Positions 47,782-57,918 are shown, counted from the stretch's first letter. The stretch: DNA of 64,000 bases from Dehalococcoidia bacterium (GCA_034408935.1 DAOUMV010000025.1:30281-94280); one strand, 5' to 3'. Numbers and translations are program-made. Notes: generated from the sequence alone by a model not told the origin.

Positions 47782-48855
47782 GTGCGCTTCCTTCCTGTCC
47801 TCGCCGTCGTCCTCGTGTTGGGAATGACCGCCGCCACCGTCTGGATCATCACCGGCTCCGCGGGCATGATAAACGACATCCCGCCCACTCAGCTCCCCGC
47901 GCCGCCCACGGTGGCGCCCGAGCCCATCTCCGTTTCGGTGAGACAAAACGAGGCCGTCCAGGACATCGCCGAAACGCTGGAGGACCAGGGCATTATCGAC
48001 TCCGCCATCCAGTTCCGCGTCCTGGCGGAGCTGCTGGGCTACGAGGGCATGCTCCAGGCCGGGGAGTATGAGTTTGACCCGGACACCCCGGCCCTGGAGG
48101 TTGTCTACCGCATGCGCCGCGGCATCGTCTCACCCTTGTTCGTCACCGTGATCGAGGGCTGGCGCCTGGAGGAGATCGCCGACGCCCTAGACGAGCAGGG
48201 CGTCATCTCCCGAGAGGAGTTCCTGGAAGCGGCAGTGGCCGGCAACTTTGACCTCGACTTCGATTTCCTCGGTCGTCTGGGGCCCGCCACGCCTCTGGAA
48301 GGCTATCTCTTCCCCGCCACCTACTTCTACCGCCGCGATGACACCGCTGAGGACGTCATCCGCCAAATGCTGGAGAAACTGGACGCTAGCTTCACCCAGG
48401 ATCTGCGCAGCCAGGCTCTGGAGCAGGGCCTGACCATGCACGCCGCCCTCACCCTCGCCTCCATTATTGAAAGAGAAGCGAGAGTGCCGGAGGAGCGGCC
48501 CATTATGGCCCAGGTCTTCCTCACGCGGCTGCGGCGGGGCATACCCCTGGAGGCCGACCCGACCGTCCAGTACGCCCTGGCGGAGGACCCGGAGAGCGTG
48601 GCGCAGTTCGGCTACTGGAAGGCGCGGCTCACCGACGGTGACCTGGAGATCGACTCCCCCTACAATACGTACCGTGAGGCGGGCCTCCCGCCGACGCCTA
48701 TCGCCGCTCCCCGCCTCGACTCCATCATGGCCGTCATCGAGCCTGCCGACACCAACTACCTCTACTTCGTCGCTACTGGGGACGAAGAAGGCTCCCACGC
48801 CTTTGCCGAGACGTTGGAGGAGCACGAGGCCAACATCGAGGAGTACCAACGATGA
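47782..48855 (+). CDS. mltG: Endolytic transglycosylase
   Basis: LQAGEY, EGW, LEGYLFPATY, LASIIERE, LEADPTVQY, SPYNTY...GLPPTPI, YLYFV. Confidence 0.93.
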   Translation: MRFLPVLAVVLVLGMTAATVWIITGSAGMINDIPPTQLPAPPTVAPEPISVSVRQNEAVQDIAETLEDQGIIDSAIQFRVLAELLGYEGMLQAGEYEFDPDTPALEVVYRMRRGIVSPLFVTVIEGWRLEEIADALDEQGVISREEFLEAAVAGNFDLDFDFLGRLGPATPLEGYLFPATYFYRRDDTAEDVIRQMLEKLDASFTQDLRSQALEQGLTMHAALTLASIIEREARVPEERPIMAQVFLTRLRRGIPLEADPTVQYALAEDPESVAQFGYWKARLTDGDLEIDSPYNTYREAGLPPTPIAAPRLDSIMAVIEPADTNYLYFVATGDEEGSHAFAETLEEHEANIEEYQR

Positions 48856-49715
48856 CCAAGTACGCGGGTGTCATCGGCTATCCCCTCAAGCAGACCCTCT
48901 CGCCTGCTTTCCAGCAGGCCGCCTTCGACCACGTTGGCCTGGACGTGCGCTACGAGGCCTGGCCCACGCCAGACGACAGGCTCGCCGACACGATCCAGGG
49001 CCTGCGAGCGCCCGACCGCCTAGGTGCCAACGTCACCATCCCCCACAAGGAGGCTGTCGTCGCCCTCCTGGACGAGGTGGATGACCTCGCCCGCCGCGTC
49101 GGCGCCGTCAACACCATCGTCAATCGCGATGGCAGACTGCATGGCCACAATACCGACGTTGGCGGCTTCCTGCGCGCCCTGCGCGAGGACGGTGGCTTGG
49201 ACCCGGCCGGCGCCCGCGTGCTCGTGGCCGGCGCGGGCGGAGCCGCTCGCGCCGTCGCCGTCGCCCTCATCGAGGCCGAGGCTGGCTCCGTGACCTTCAT
49301 CAACCCGCCCTTTCCCCTCGCCACCAAGCTCGTCGAGGATCTGTCGCCACACGCGGGCCGCACCAGCCTCCACGCCCTGCCCGATGTCTACGCCTCTTGG
49401 ATGTCGGCCGCGATGGGCTGCCGCCTTCTGATAAACTGTACGCCGGTCGGAATGGCCGGCACGAAGGAAGAGAAGGAGTCGCCGGTGGCCAACGAAGTCA
49501 TCCCGCCAGACGCACTCGTCTTCGACCTCGTCTATCACCCGGCGAAGACGCCGCTGATGGCCGCTGCTGAACAGCGCGGCGCCAAGATCCTAGGCGGGCT
49601 GCCAATGCTTGTCTACCAGGGCGCGGAGTCCTTCCGTCTGTGGACCGGCCGCGACGCGCCCCTGGACGTGATGCTCAAGGCCGCGCGAGAGGCCCTCGAC
49701 CTCGGGAAGGGATAG
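48852..49715 (+). CDS. aroE: Shikimate dehydrogenase
   Basis: GYPLKQTLSP, GANVTIPHKE, GAVNT, NTDVGGF, GAGGAARA, DLVY, MLVYQG. Confidence 0.95.
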   Translation: MTKYAGVIGYPLKQTLSPAFQQAAFDHVGLDVRYEAWPTPDDRLADTIQGLRAPDRLGANVTIPHKEAVVALLDEVDDLARRVGAVNTIVNRDGRLHGHNTDVGGFLRALREDGGLDPAGARVLVAGAGGAARAVAVALIEAEAGSVTFINPPFPLATKLVEDLSPHAGRTSLHALPDVYASWMSAAMGCRLLINCTPVGMAGTKEEKESPVANEVIPPDALVFDLVYHPAKTPLMAAAEQRGAKILGGLPMLVYQGAESFRLWTGRDAPLDVMLKAAREALDLGKG

Positions 49716-49720
49716 GGACG

Positions 49721-50365
49721 ATGGAGTGGGGAATCCTGGCCGTCGTCCTTATCTTCATCCTCGTCGCCTACATCGTGCTCCAGGGGACGCGGGCCTCTAT
49801 GGCCTGGCGCAAGGCCGCCGCCGGCGGCGACCTGGAAGTCATTCGTCAACTGCTAGAGGAGGGTATCGGCGGATGGCGCTCCATGAAGCGTCCCAAGGAG
49901 ATCGCCCCGGACATCTGGCGCGGCGTCCAGAGCGTGGACCTCCTCGATGTGGGGCCGGACAGCGCCCGTGTCTCCTGCCAAGTGGAGAGCGAGTACCGCA
50001 TGATGGGGGGCCGCTGGGTGGAGGTGGCGAACGCCCTCGAACAGGGGATGGCCGTCACCGCCCGCCTCGCCGATATGCTGCTGTACGACGTGCCCAACCT
50101 GCGCCTCGGCTCCGCCCGCATCGACGTCTACACCAGCTTCCGCGACCCGGCGGCTGGCTCTCAGCGGCTCTGCATCCTTACCACCACTGCCAGCAGGGAG
50201 GCCGCTCGCCAGGTGGACTGGGAGGCCTGGACGCCCGCCGAGATCGTCGACGCCTTCGACGGCCGCTACCGCCGAGGCGAACGCGGCGACGCCCTACCCA
50301 TCGAAGTCGAGGATGAGACCGGAACGCCGAATCCCCGCAACCTCTGCCTGGAGTCGCCGCCATGA
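49721..50365 (+). CDS. Membrane-anchored hypothetical protein
   Basis: ATG with an N-terminal TM; tightly packed in the aroE-aroC operon (overlaps the aroC start). Confidence 0.75.
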   Translation: MEWGILAVVLIFILVAYIVLQGTRASMAWRKAAAGGDLEVIRQLLEEGIGGWRSMKRPKEIAPDIWRGVQSVDLLDVGPDSARVSCQVESEYRMMGGRWVEVANALEQGMAVTARLADMLLYDVPNLRLGSARIDVYTSFRDPAAGSQRLCILTTTASREAARQVDWEAWTPAEIVDAFDGRYRRGERGDALPIEVEDETGTPNPRNLCLESPP

Positions 50366-51537
50366 GCGAGCTTCGCTTCCTCACCGCCGGAGAGTCTCAC
50401 GGCAAAGGCCTCACCGTCATCGTAGAAGGCCTGCCCGCCGCTCTTCCCCTGACCGAGCAATACCTGGAGGGCGACCTGCGCCGCCGCCAGGGCGGCTTCG
50501 GTCGGTCCCAGCGACAGCAGATCGAGCACGACCGCGCCGAGATCACCGCTGGCGTCCGCCACGGCCTCACCCTCGGCACCCCTCTCGCGCTGTTCATCCG
50601 CAACCGCGATTGGCAGAACTGGGGCGAGGTGATGCAGGCCGAGCCGTTCGACGGCGAAGTGGAGCGCGTCACTCGCCTCCGCCCCGGCCACGCAGACCTC
50701 GCTGGCGCCGTGAAGTACGGCTTCGACGATGTGCGCAACGTCCTAGAGCGCGCCTCCGCCCGCGAGACGGCCGCTCGCGTCGCCGTCGGTGCAATCTGCC
50801 GCCGTCTGTTGGAGGAGTTCGCCGTGGCCGTCCACTCCCACACCGTCTCCATCGGCGATGTGGACGCCTCCGTCGATGGCGAGCCGGACTGGGCCGCCGT
50901 CGAGGACTCGCCCGTCCGCTGCGTCGACCCCGAGGCGTCCGAGCGCATGGTCCGCACCGTCGACGCTGCCGGCGGGGCCGGTGAGACCCTCGGCGGTGTC
51001 TTCGAAGTCTGGGCCACGGGTGTGCCCATCGGCCTCGGCTCCCACGTCATGTGGGACCGCAAGCTGGACGGCCTCCTGGCCCAGGCTGTGATGAGCATCC
51101 ACGCCGTCAAGGGCGTCGAGATCGGCTACGGCTTCGCCCTCACCTCCACCCTCGGCTCCCAGGCCCACGACATCATCCTGCCGCCCGATCAGTGGCGGGG
51201 CCGACCCTGGCGTCGCGACACCAACCGCGCCGGCGGCCTCGAGGGTGGCATCACCAACGGCGAGCCGGTCGTCGTCCGCGCTGCCCTCAAGCCAATCTCC
51301 ACCCTCGGCGAACCCCTGCCCTCCGTCGACCTCATGACGGGCGAGAAGGTAGAGGCTCACCACGAACGCTCCGACGTGTGCGTCGTCCCCGCCGCCGGCG
51401 TCGTCGGCGAGGCGATGGTGGCCATCGTCCTCGCCCGCGCCATGCTGGAGAAGTTCGGCGGCGACTCCCTGGCGGAGACAAAGCGCAACCACGAGGCGTA
51501 CGTCAAGACGGTTGGGCCGCGCGATCGGAAGGAATAG
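50362..51537 (+). CDS. aroC: Chorismate synthase
   Basis: TAGESHG, RPGHAD, RASARETAARVA, NRAGGLEGGITNG, RSDVC. Confidence 0.97.
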   Translation: MSELRFLTAGESHGKGLTVIVEGLPAALPLTEQYLEGDLRRRQGGFGRSQRQQIEHDRAEITAGVRHGLTLGTPLALFIRNRDWQNWGEVMQAEPFDGEVERVTRLRPGHADLAGAVKYGFDDVRNVLERASARETAARVAVGAICRRLLEEFAVAVHSHTVSIGDVDASVDGEPDWAAVEDSPVRCVDPEASERMVRTVDAAGGAGETLGGVFEVWATGVPIGLGSHVMWDRKLDGLLAQAVMSIHAVKGVEIGYGFALTSTLGSQAHDIILPPDQWRGRPWRRDTNRAGGLEGGITNGEPVVVRAALKPISTLGEPLPSVDLMTGEKVEAHHERSDVCVVPAAGVVGEAMVAIVLARAMLEKFGGDSLAETKRNHEAYVKTVGPRDRKE

Positions 51538-51546
51538 GGGCCCCAA

Positions 51547-52701
51547 ATGAAGCTATCAGTACCATTGATAGCTACGTTGACGGTATTCGCGGCTTTGGTG
51601 GCCTGCGGCGACGGGGGAGGAGAACCCACAGCTACACCCACAGCCGCGCCGACGGTGGCAACGACTCCCAGCCCGACTCCGGAGCCCACCGCTGCTCCAT
51701 CGCCCACCGCTACGGTGCGTCCGGCCGCTGCGGGCAAGATCGCCTTCCACTTCCCGGCCCCGGACGGCAACTACGAGATCTACGTCATGAACGCTGACGG
51801 CACAGGTCTGACCAACCTTACCAACAACACCCACGGCGGCGATTACGATCCCGCCTGGTCGCCGGACGGCTCCCGGATCGCCTTCCGCTCCAACCGCGAC
51901 GGCTTGGACGAGATCTACGTCATGAACGCTGACGGCACAGGCTTGACCAACCTTACCAACAGCAGCCAAGCCCACAATCGCTCTCCCGCCTGGTCGCCCG
52001 ACGGCAGCCGCATCGCCTTCTCCTCCAACCGCGACGGCCTGCTCAACGATATCTACGTCGTGAACGCCGACGGCTCCGGCGTGACCAACCTCACCGACGA
52101 CCCCAACGGCGGCGATTACGATCCCACCTGGTCGCCCGACGGTTCTCGCATCGCCTTCCGCTCCAACCGCGACGGCAACGACGATGTCTACGTCGTGAAC
52201 GCCGACGGCTCCGGCGTGACCAACCTCACTGACGACCCCCGCGAGGACATCGACCCCGCCTGGTCGCCCGGCGGCAGCCGCATCGCCTTCCGCTCCAACC
52301 CGGACCGCACCTGGAGCATCTATGTGATGAAAGCCGACGGCTCCGGCGTGACCCGGCTTACCGACAACCCCTACGGCGACTTCGAATTCGCCTGGTCCCC
52401 CGACGGCGGCCGTATCGCCTTCAACAGGGACCAACCAGGTATTGACTACGAGGTCTACGTGATGAACGCCGACGGCTCCGGCGTGACCAACCTCACTGAC
52501 GACCCCCGCGATGACATCCACCCCGCCTGGTCGCCCGACGGCACGAAAATCGCCTTTGTCTCCAGCCGCGACGGCACCTGGAACATCTACGTCATGAACG
52601 CCGATGGCTCCGGCATCACGAAGCTCACTAACAACACCGCCGCGGACACCGCCGAGGACACCTTCCCTGTTTGGTCGCCGGACTCAGGAGTGACCCCTTG
52701 A
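51547..52701 (+). CDS. Lipoprotein with a TolB-like beta-propeller (7 PD40 repeats)
   Basis: Lipobox LVA-C; PT linker; seven IAF.S.RDG..IYVMNADG...LT......PAWSPDG repeats. Confidence 0.9.
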   Translation: MKLSVPLIATLTVFAALVACGDGGGEPTATPTAAPTVATTPSPTPEPTAAPSPTATVRPAAAGKIAFHFPAPDGNYEIYVMNADGTGLTNLTNNTHGGDYDPAWSPDGSRIAFRSNRDGLDEIYVMNADGTGLTNLTNSSQAHNRSPAWSPDGSRIAFSSNRDGLLNDIYVVNADGSGVTNLTDDPNGGDYDPTWSPDGSRIAFRSNRDGNDDVYVVNADGSGVTNLTDDPREDIDPAWSPGGSRIAFRSNPDRTWSIYVMKADGSGVTRLTDNPYGDFEFAWSPDGGRIAFNRDQPGIDYEVYVMNADGSGVTNLTDDPRDDIHPAWSPDGTKIAFVSSRDGTWNIYVMNADGSGITKLTNNTAADTAEDTFPVWSPDSGVTP

Positions 52702-53537
52702 CGGCGGAGCAGCCGCCCATCGCCGCCATCGACGCCTGGGCCCAGCCGGGCACGGCAAAACTGATCAACGACCCGATGTTCGCCAGCCTCTGGCGGGCCA
52801 CCGGCACCACCCCTCTTCCCGCGGGCATCCCCATCGATCATCTCATCGGCGAGATGGACGCCGCCAACATCGAGCGCGCGGTCATCCGTGCCTGGGCCTC
52901 CCCCGACGGCTGGATCATCACCAACGACGAGATCGCCGACCTCGTCCAGCGCTTCCCCGATCGATTCCTCGGCCTCGCCACCGTCGACCTCAGGCGGCCC
53001 GTCGAGGCGGTCAACGAGCTGCGCAGGGCCGTCAACGACCTCGGCCTGCGCGGGCTGCACATGCTGCCCTGGATATGGAACCTCCCCCCCAACGACAAGC
53101 ACTACTACCCTCTCTACGTCGCCTGCATCGATCTGGGCATCCCCTTCTGCCTCCAGGTCGGGCACACCGGGCCTCTCCGCCCTTCGGACCCGGGTCGGCC
53201 CATCCCCTACGTCGACGAGGTGGCCCTCACCTTCCCCGATCTGACCATCATCGGCGGCCACATCGGCTACCCCTGGACCGACGAGATGATCGGCCTCGCC
53301 TGGAAGTACCCCAACGTCTACATCGAGACCTCCGCCTACCTGCCGCGATTCTACCCGCCCACCTTCCGCACGTTCATGAATGGCCAGGGCAAGAACAAGG
53401 TCATGTTCGGCACCAACTACCCCATGCTCTCTCCCTCCCGCTGCCGCGCCCAACTCAAGGAACTGGGCCTGAAGCCGGAGGTCGAGGAGAAGTTCCTCCG
53501 CCTCAACGCCCTCAAGGCCTTCGGTCTCACGGAGTGA
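52698..53537 (+). CDS. Amidohydrolase_2 family protein
   Basis: HTG, IIGGHIGYPW, NVYIETSA, MFGTNYP; probable TTG start overlapping the upstream stop. Confidence 0.85.
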   Translation: MTAEQPPIAAIDAWAQPGTAKLINDPMFASLWRATGTTPLPAGIPIDHLIGEMDAANIERAVIRAWASPDGWIITNDEIADLVQRFPDRFLGLATVDLRRPVEAVNELRRAVNDLGLRGLHMLPWIWNLPPNDKHYYPLYVACIDLGIPFCLQVGHTGPLRPSDPGRPIPYVDEVALTFPDLTIIGGHIGYPWTDEMIGLAWKYPNVYIETSAYLPRFYPPTFRTFMNGQGKNKVMFGTNYPMLSPSRCRAQLKELGLKPEVEEKFLRLNALKAFGLTE

Positions 53538-53538
53538 C

Positions 53539-55251
53539 GTGGTAGCCCGTCGTCCCCTCCGCATAATCCTCACCGGCTTCTCCGGCACCGGCAAGAGCCT
53601 CGTCGCCCCCCTCGTGGCCGACCGACTCCACTGGCAGGCCGTCGACACCGATTCCCATGTCGAGAAGGCTGCCGGCAAGCCCATCACCGATATCTTCGAG
53701 CAGGATAGCGAGCCCCGCTTCCGCGAGCTGGAGGCGGACGCCGTCCGCGATGCCTGCGCGCGCGAGCGGGCTGTCGTCTCCGTCGGCGGCGGCGCCATCC
53801 TCCGCCCCGACAACCGCCGCCTCCTCGCCGACGGTGGCTTCGTCGTCTGCCTGGAGGCGCGGCCGGAGACGATCCTCCGTCGCCTCAGAGAGGCTGCCCC
53901 CGCGGACGAGCCGCTGGATCGGCCCCTTCTCGTCGGCCCCGATCCCATCTCCCGCATCCGCGAGTTGAAGGAGCGTCGTCAGCCCTTCTACGCCTTGGCC
54001 GACCACACTGTCCACACCGACGGCCTGACGCTCGATCTCGTTGCGGAGGAGGTAGTCCGTGCCTGGCGCCGCCACTCTGTCTCAGCCCTGGCTGAGCCCG
54101 ATCGGCTTGGGGCCTTCGCCGACTCGCTCGTCACCGCCGCCCCGGGCCATGCAGCCCCCTCGGGCGCCGCCTGCGTCGTGCGCGCTTCCTCCGCTACCTA
54201 CCCCGTGTACGTGGACTGGAACGCGTTGTTCGACCTCGGCCTGCGACTGCGAGAGGCCGGGCTGACCACCCAGGCGTACGTTATCAGCGACGAGACTGTC
54301 TTCACGCGCTACGGCAAGCAGGTAGAGGCTGCCCTGACCCAGGCCGATATCCCTGTCGCCTCGTACGCCGTTCCCCCTGGCGAGGCGAGCAAGTCGCTGG
54401 ACACGGCCGCTGCCATCTACGATTGGCTCATCGGGCAGCGGGCGGAGCGCGGCCACGCCATCGTCGCTCTGGGAGGCGGCATGGTCACCGACCTGGCGGG
54501 CTGCGTCGCCGCCACCTACCTCCGCGGCCTGCCCCTCGTCCACGTCCCCACTAGCCTGCTGGCGATGGTGGACGCCGCCGTCGGCGGCAAGGTGGCGGTG
54601 AACCACCCGCAGGCCAAGAACGTCATCGGCGCCTTCTACCAGCCCCGTCTCGTCCTGGCGGACGTCTCGACGCTGCGCACGCTGCCTCCGCGGGAGCTCA
54701 CCTCCGGCTGGGCGGAGCTCATCAAGCATGCCCTGATCCTGGAACCCTATCTGTTGGCCTTCCTGGAGGAGCACGCCGACGCCATCCTGGGGCTTGAGCC
54801 CGAACCCACCACGGAGGCGATTTGTCGCAGCGTCGCCATCAAAGCGGCGGTGGTCAGCGAGGACGAGCGGGAGGAGACCGGCCGTCGCACCGTCCTCAAC
54901 TACGGCCACACCCTGGCCCACGCCATCGAGGCCGCCACCGAGTACGATCGGTTCCTCCACGGCGAGGCCGTGGCGATCGGGATGACGGCGGCCGCTGCCA
55001 TCAGCCGGCGCCTGGGGCTCCTCTCCCTGGACGTGGAACGGCGCCAGCGCGACCTGCTGGAGCGGTTCGGTCTGCCCACTCGCGCTCAGGGGTTGGACCG
55101 GGCGGCCCTTCTCTCGGCCATGGCCCTGGACAAGAAGGTCCGCGACAGGGCCATCCGTTGGGTGCTCCTGGAGGACATCGGCCGCACCGTCCTCCGCGAC
55201 GACGTATCCCAGGCCGTGGTCGAGCAGGCGCTGGACGAGGTGCTCGGCTAG
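53539..55251 (+). CDS. aroKB: Fused shikimate kinase / 3-dehydroquinate synthase
   Basis: GFSGTGKS, DTD, FRELE, GGG (AroK); GEASK, GGGMVTDLAG, PTSLLAMVDAAVGGK, LNYGHT..HAIE, HGEAVA (AroB). Confidence 0.95.
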   Translation: MVARRPLRIILTGFSGTGKSLVAPLVADRLHWQAVDTDSHVEKAAGKPITDIFEQDSEPRFRELEADAVRDACARERAVVSVGGGAILRPDNRRLLADGGFVVCLEARPETILRRLREAAPADEPLDRPLLVGPDPISRIRELKERRQPFYALADHTVHTDGLTLDLVAEEVVRAWRRHSVSALAEPDRLGAFADSLVTAAPGHAAPSGAACVVRASSATYPVYVDWNALFDLGLRLREAGLTTQAYVISDETVFTRYGKQVEAALTQADIPVASYAVPPGEASKSLDTAAAIYDWLIGQRAERGHAIVALGGGMVTDLAGCVAATYLRGLPLVHVPTSLLAMVDAAVGGKVAVNHPQAKNVIGAFYQPRLVLADVSTLRTLPPRELTSGWAELIKHALILEPYLLAFLEEHADAILGLEPEPTTEAICRSVAIKAAVVSEDEREETGRRTVLNYGHTLAHAIEAATEYDRFLHGEAVAIGMTAAAAISRRLGLLSLDVERRQRDLLERFGLPTRAQGLDRAALLSAMALDKKVRDRAIRWVLLEDIGRTVLRDDVSQAVVEQALDEVLG

Positions 55252-55255
55252 GGCG

Positions 55256-55546
55256 ATGGCCGAACCCTCTGCCGCGGCCCTCCGCGCTGTCGTCCGCGGC
55301 CGCGTCCAGGGCGTCAATTTCCGCGAGTACGTCCTGACCCGCGCCCGTTTCCTCGGCCTAGCGGGCTACGTCCGCAACCTGCCCGACGGCCGCTCGGTGG
55401 AGGTCGTCGCCGAGGGCCCGCGCCCAGACCTGGAGCAGCTCGTCGAGCACCTGCACGAGGGGCCCCGCATGTCCCGCGTGGACGCCGTCGATGTCGAGTG
55501 GGGTGAGCCGAGCGGCGACTACAGCCACTTCGGGGTAGGGTACTAG
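55256..55546 (+). CDS. acyP: Acylphosphatase
   Basis: GRVQGVNFR, GYVRNLPDGRSVEVVAEG. Confidence 0.93.
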   Translation: MAEPSAAALRAVVRGRVQGVNFREYVLTRARFLGLAGYVRNLPDGRSVEVVAEGPRPDLEQLVEHLHEGPRMSRVDAVDVEWGEPSGDYSHFGVGY

Positions 55547-55613
55547 GCCTCGACCCTGCGCCTGGAAGGCTATCAGGGGCTGGCTCTGGCTGTGGTGGGG
55601 ACGCGCGCCGATG

Positions 55614-56012
55614 TCAGCTTTCGCCGAGGCTGCTGGAGCCTTCCGGTCGAAAGGTGCGTCGCCAGGTTTCGAGGCCGACGGAGGCCCTGGCCACGCCTGC
55701 CGCCGGGATCAGCAGCTCGATGGTCTCGAGGATCTCCTCGGGAGTCGCCCCTTCCCTTTGCGCTCGCTCCATGTGCGCCCTGACGTGCGCCTCTGCCGCG
55801 CCGAGTGCCACAAGCACACCTATGTAGATGAGCTCCTTGGTCTTGCCGTCCAGTCGACGCCCTTTCAAGTACAGGGCGTTCATCATCTCCTCGTACGCGG
55901 CCAGGACATCCGTGTCCTCGCGAGCGAGCACTGAGTGGAGGGGGAGCGAGTAGCCGCGAGCCCTTCGTGCGGCGTCCAGGATCTCCTCGCCTCGTTTGGG
56001 GTCAGCGCTCAT
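55614..56012 (-). CDS. Carboxymuconolactone decarboxylase/AhpD-fold protein (no CxxC)
   Basis: LDGKTKELIYIGVLVALG, HVRAHMERA...GAT.EEI.E; ATGA overlap with the upstream stop. Confidence 0.8.
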   Translation of the reverse strand: MSADPKRGEEILDAARRARGYSLPLHSVLAREDTDVLAAYEEMMNALYLKGRRLDGKTKELIYIGVLVALGAAEAHVRAHMERAQREGATPEEILETIELLIPAAGVARASVGLETWRRTFRPEGSSSLGES

Positions 56013-57337
56013 ACGGCCACGGCCTTGCCGCCAGCGGGGAGGCTCTCCATCGCTGCGACCACTGCGCACCCGAAGGCATCGACCGCGAAATCGATGTCTT
56101 CCTCGCTGTGAACGGTCGAGACGTAGAACCTGGTCTGCAGCTGGGCGAGGACCTGCCGCCGGATCAGCTCCCGGTTCACGGCAGCCTTCAGCGCGCGCCC
56201 CGTCCCTGGCTCGCGCGGGTCCGAAAACTCCACCGCGGCGATAGGCCCGCTGCCTGTCACGGATCCCGCCACTCCCTGCTTGTTGAGCTCCCCTGTTAGG
56301 CCGGTTCGCAAGCGCCTCCCCAGTTCGTGGAGGTGTTCGTATGTCCCTGGCTGCTCCAGTTCGGCCAGCGTCGCCAGCCCCGCCACCGCCGAGATCGGGT
56401 TCCCGCTCAGCGTCCCGCTCACGTGGACGAAGCTGGCGCTTGACGCCCGCGCGGGATCCATCAGTCCCATGATCTTCCCCCGGCCCGCAACGGCCGACAA
56501 GGGGAACCCGCCGCCCAGGATCTTGCCGTAGCACAGCAGGTCGGGCTCCACGCCGTAGTACTCCTGCGCTCCCCCGAAGGCGAGGCGGAAGCCCGTCATC
56601 ACCTCATCGAAGATCAAAATGGTTCCCTCGGCCCGGCACATATCCGCCAGTCGCTCCAGGAAGCCGGGCACGGGGTCGATGGAGCGTTGCTGGGGCTCCA
56701 CGAGGACTGCGGCGAGGGAGGGCCCGTGGAGGGCAAAGGCTGCCTCCACGCTGGCGATATCGTTGAATTGGGCGACGGCTGTGTCCTCGATAACGCCGCG
56801 CGGAACGCCCCCGCTCTCGGCCCTCGCTGCTCCCCGATGGCCAACGAGCGATACCTCGTGGCTGCCGTGGTAGGAGCCGGCAAACACAAGCACCTTGTCT
56901 CGTCCCGTGTACGCGCGTGCCAGTCGCACGGAATGAAGCGTCGCCTCCGTGCCCGTGGAGGCGAAGCGAACCGTCTCCACACAGCCGGGGATCTCCGCCA
57001 CGCGCTCCGCCAATTCCACGATGGGCCGACTGGTTGCGCAGAACGTCGAACCCCTTTCCAACTGTCGCGCCACAGCCTCAGACACCCGCGGGTGGGCGTG
57101 TCCGAGGATGAGAGGACCGGAGCCCAGGAGGAAGTCCACGTACTCGCGTCCGCTGTCGTCCCAGACGCGGCAGCCAGAGCCTCGTTCTAGGCAGGCGTCG
57201 AGCGGCAACGGGAAGGCGGAGTTGGAGCCCCCAACGAGAACACCCGGTGCTGCCCGAGCCTCAGACGAGGCCACCGCCACGGCGGGCCCCCGCCTCGTTG
57301 CCACCCCGCTCTTGATATCTACCGCAACCTGTATCAT
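56009..57337 (-). CDS. Class-III PLP aminotransferase (GSA-aminomutase / beta-amino-acid transaminase-like)
   Basis: GCRVWDDSGREYVDF, GHAHP, STGTEA, YHG, LIFDEVMTGFR, YGKILGGG (PLP Lys), GTLSGNP. Confidence 0.88.
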   Translation of the reverse strand: MIQVAVDIKSGVATRRGPAVAVASSEARAAPGVLVGGSNSAFPLPLDACLERGSGCRVWDDSGREYVDFLLGSGPLILGHAHPRVSEAVARQLERGSTFCATSRPIVELAERVAEIPGCVETVRFASTGTEATLHSVRLARAYTGRDKVLVFAGSYHGSHEVSLVGHRGAARAESGGVPRGVIEDTAVAQFNDIASVEAAFALHGPSLAAVLVEPQQRSIDPVPGFLERLADMCRAEGTILIFDEVMTGFRLAFGGAQEYYGVEPDLLCYGKILGGGFPLSAVAGRGKIMGLMDPARASSASFVHVSGTLSGNPISAVAGLATLAELEQPGTYEHLHELGRRLRTGLTGELNKQGVAGSVTGSGPIAAVEFSDPREPGTGRALKAAVNRELIRRQVLAQLQTRFYVSTVHSEEDIDFAVDAFGCAVVAAMESLPAGGKAVAV

Positions 57338-57369
57338 CCCGGATCTCCCTGTCTCTGCCGGTGGGCATC

Positions 57370-57402
57370 AAAAAAGACCCCACCACTATCGGCTGTGAGG
57401 CC
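57370..57402 (-). terminator. Intrinsic terminator (riboswitch expression platform)
   Basis: Minus strand GGCCTCAC-N11-GTGGGGTC-TTTTTT directly after the aptamer. Confidence 0.8.
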
Positions 57403-57522
57403 TTTCCCCCGCCTGCGGGCTTAGCTTAGCGGTTCGGGCTGAAAGGCTAGCCCTACTCGCCTACGCGAGACTCACCGCGAGATCCGGGTCGCCCGCTTCC
57501 TTACGGAGATTCGGCGGCTGAG
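57401..57522 (-). ncRNA. c-di-AMP (ydaO-yuaA) riboswitch, leftward
   Basis: Minus strand CCGAATC...GGGCGACCC...GCGGTGAGTC...GTAGGGCT...AGCCCGAACC..AAGCTAAGCCCGCAGGC matches the ydaO conserved blocks. Confidence 0.85.
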
Positions 57523-57789
57523 CGTGTTCTCACCAATGGTAACGCCTGAAACGGCCATCGCGCTACGTGTCAAGACTGCCAGCGCGGAGGAAATTTCATA
57601 ATTTGTTGCGCGCCTCTAGATTGCCCGGTGGGCTTGACAGGATACCTGTGGCCTAGGGTAACATTGGCGGCCGATGCTCGTCTGTATCTACGGACGAAGT
57701 AGGCGATCGGTGGACGTTGGCTGCAGGGAGATGATCTCTAGTGTCGGGGGTCCACCGGTGATGTATAATATATAGGAAAACAGAATACA

Positions 57790-57918
57790 TGCGGCCGAAC
57801 CCCGGCGAATGCGCCGGGGACGGGGGACCCGACCGATTGGGGTGAATCTCGCCTGAGGCGAGTAGGCGATCTCCTTCCGCCGAACCCGACAGCTAACCTC
57901 GTAGGCACCAAGGAGAGG
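57790..57918 (+). ncRNA. c-di-AMP (ydaO-yuaA) riboswitch, rightward
   Basis: CCGAACCCC...GGGGACGGGGGACCC...TTGGGGTGAATC...GTAGGCG...CGCCGAACCCGACAGCTAACCTCGTAGGC...GGAGAG; TATAAT at 57764-57769 upstream. Confidence 0.92.

Noticed and set aside
56009-57337. hemL gene symbol
   Set aside because: GGVNSPVR-type signature is altered, there is no tetrapyrrole context, and it is under riboswitch control; left as class-III aminotransferase
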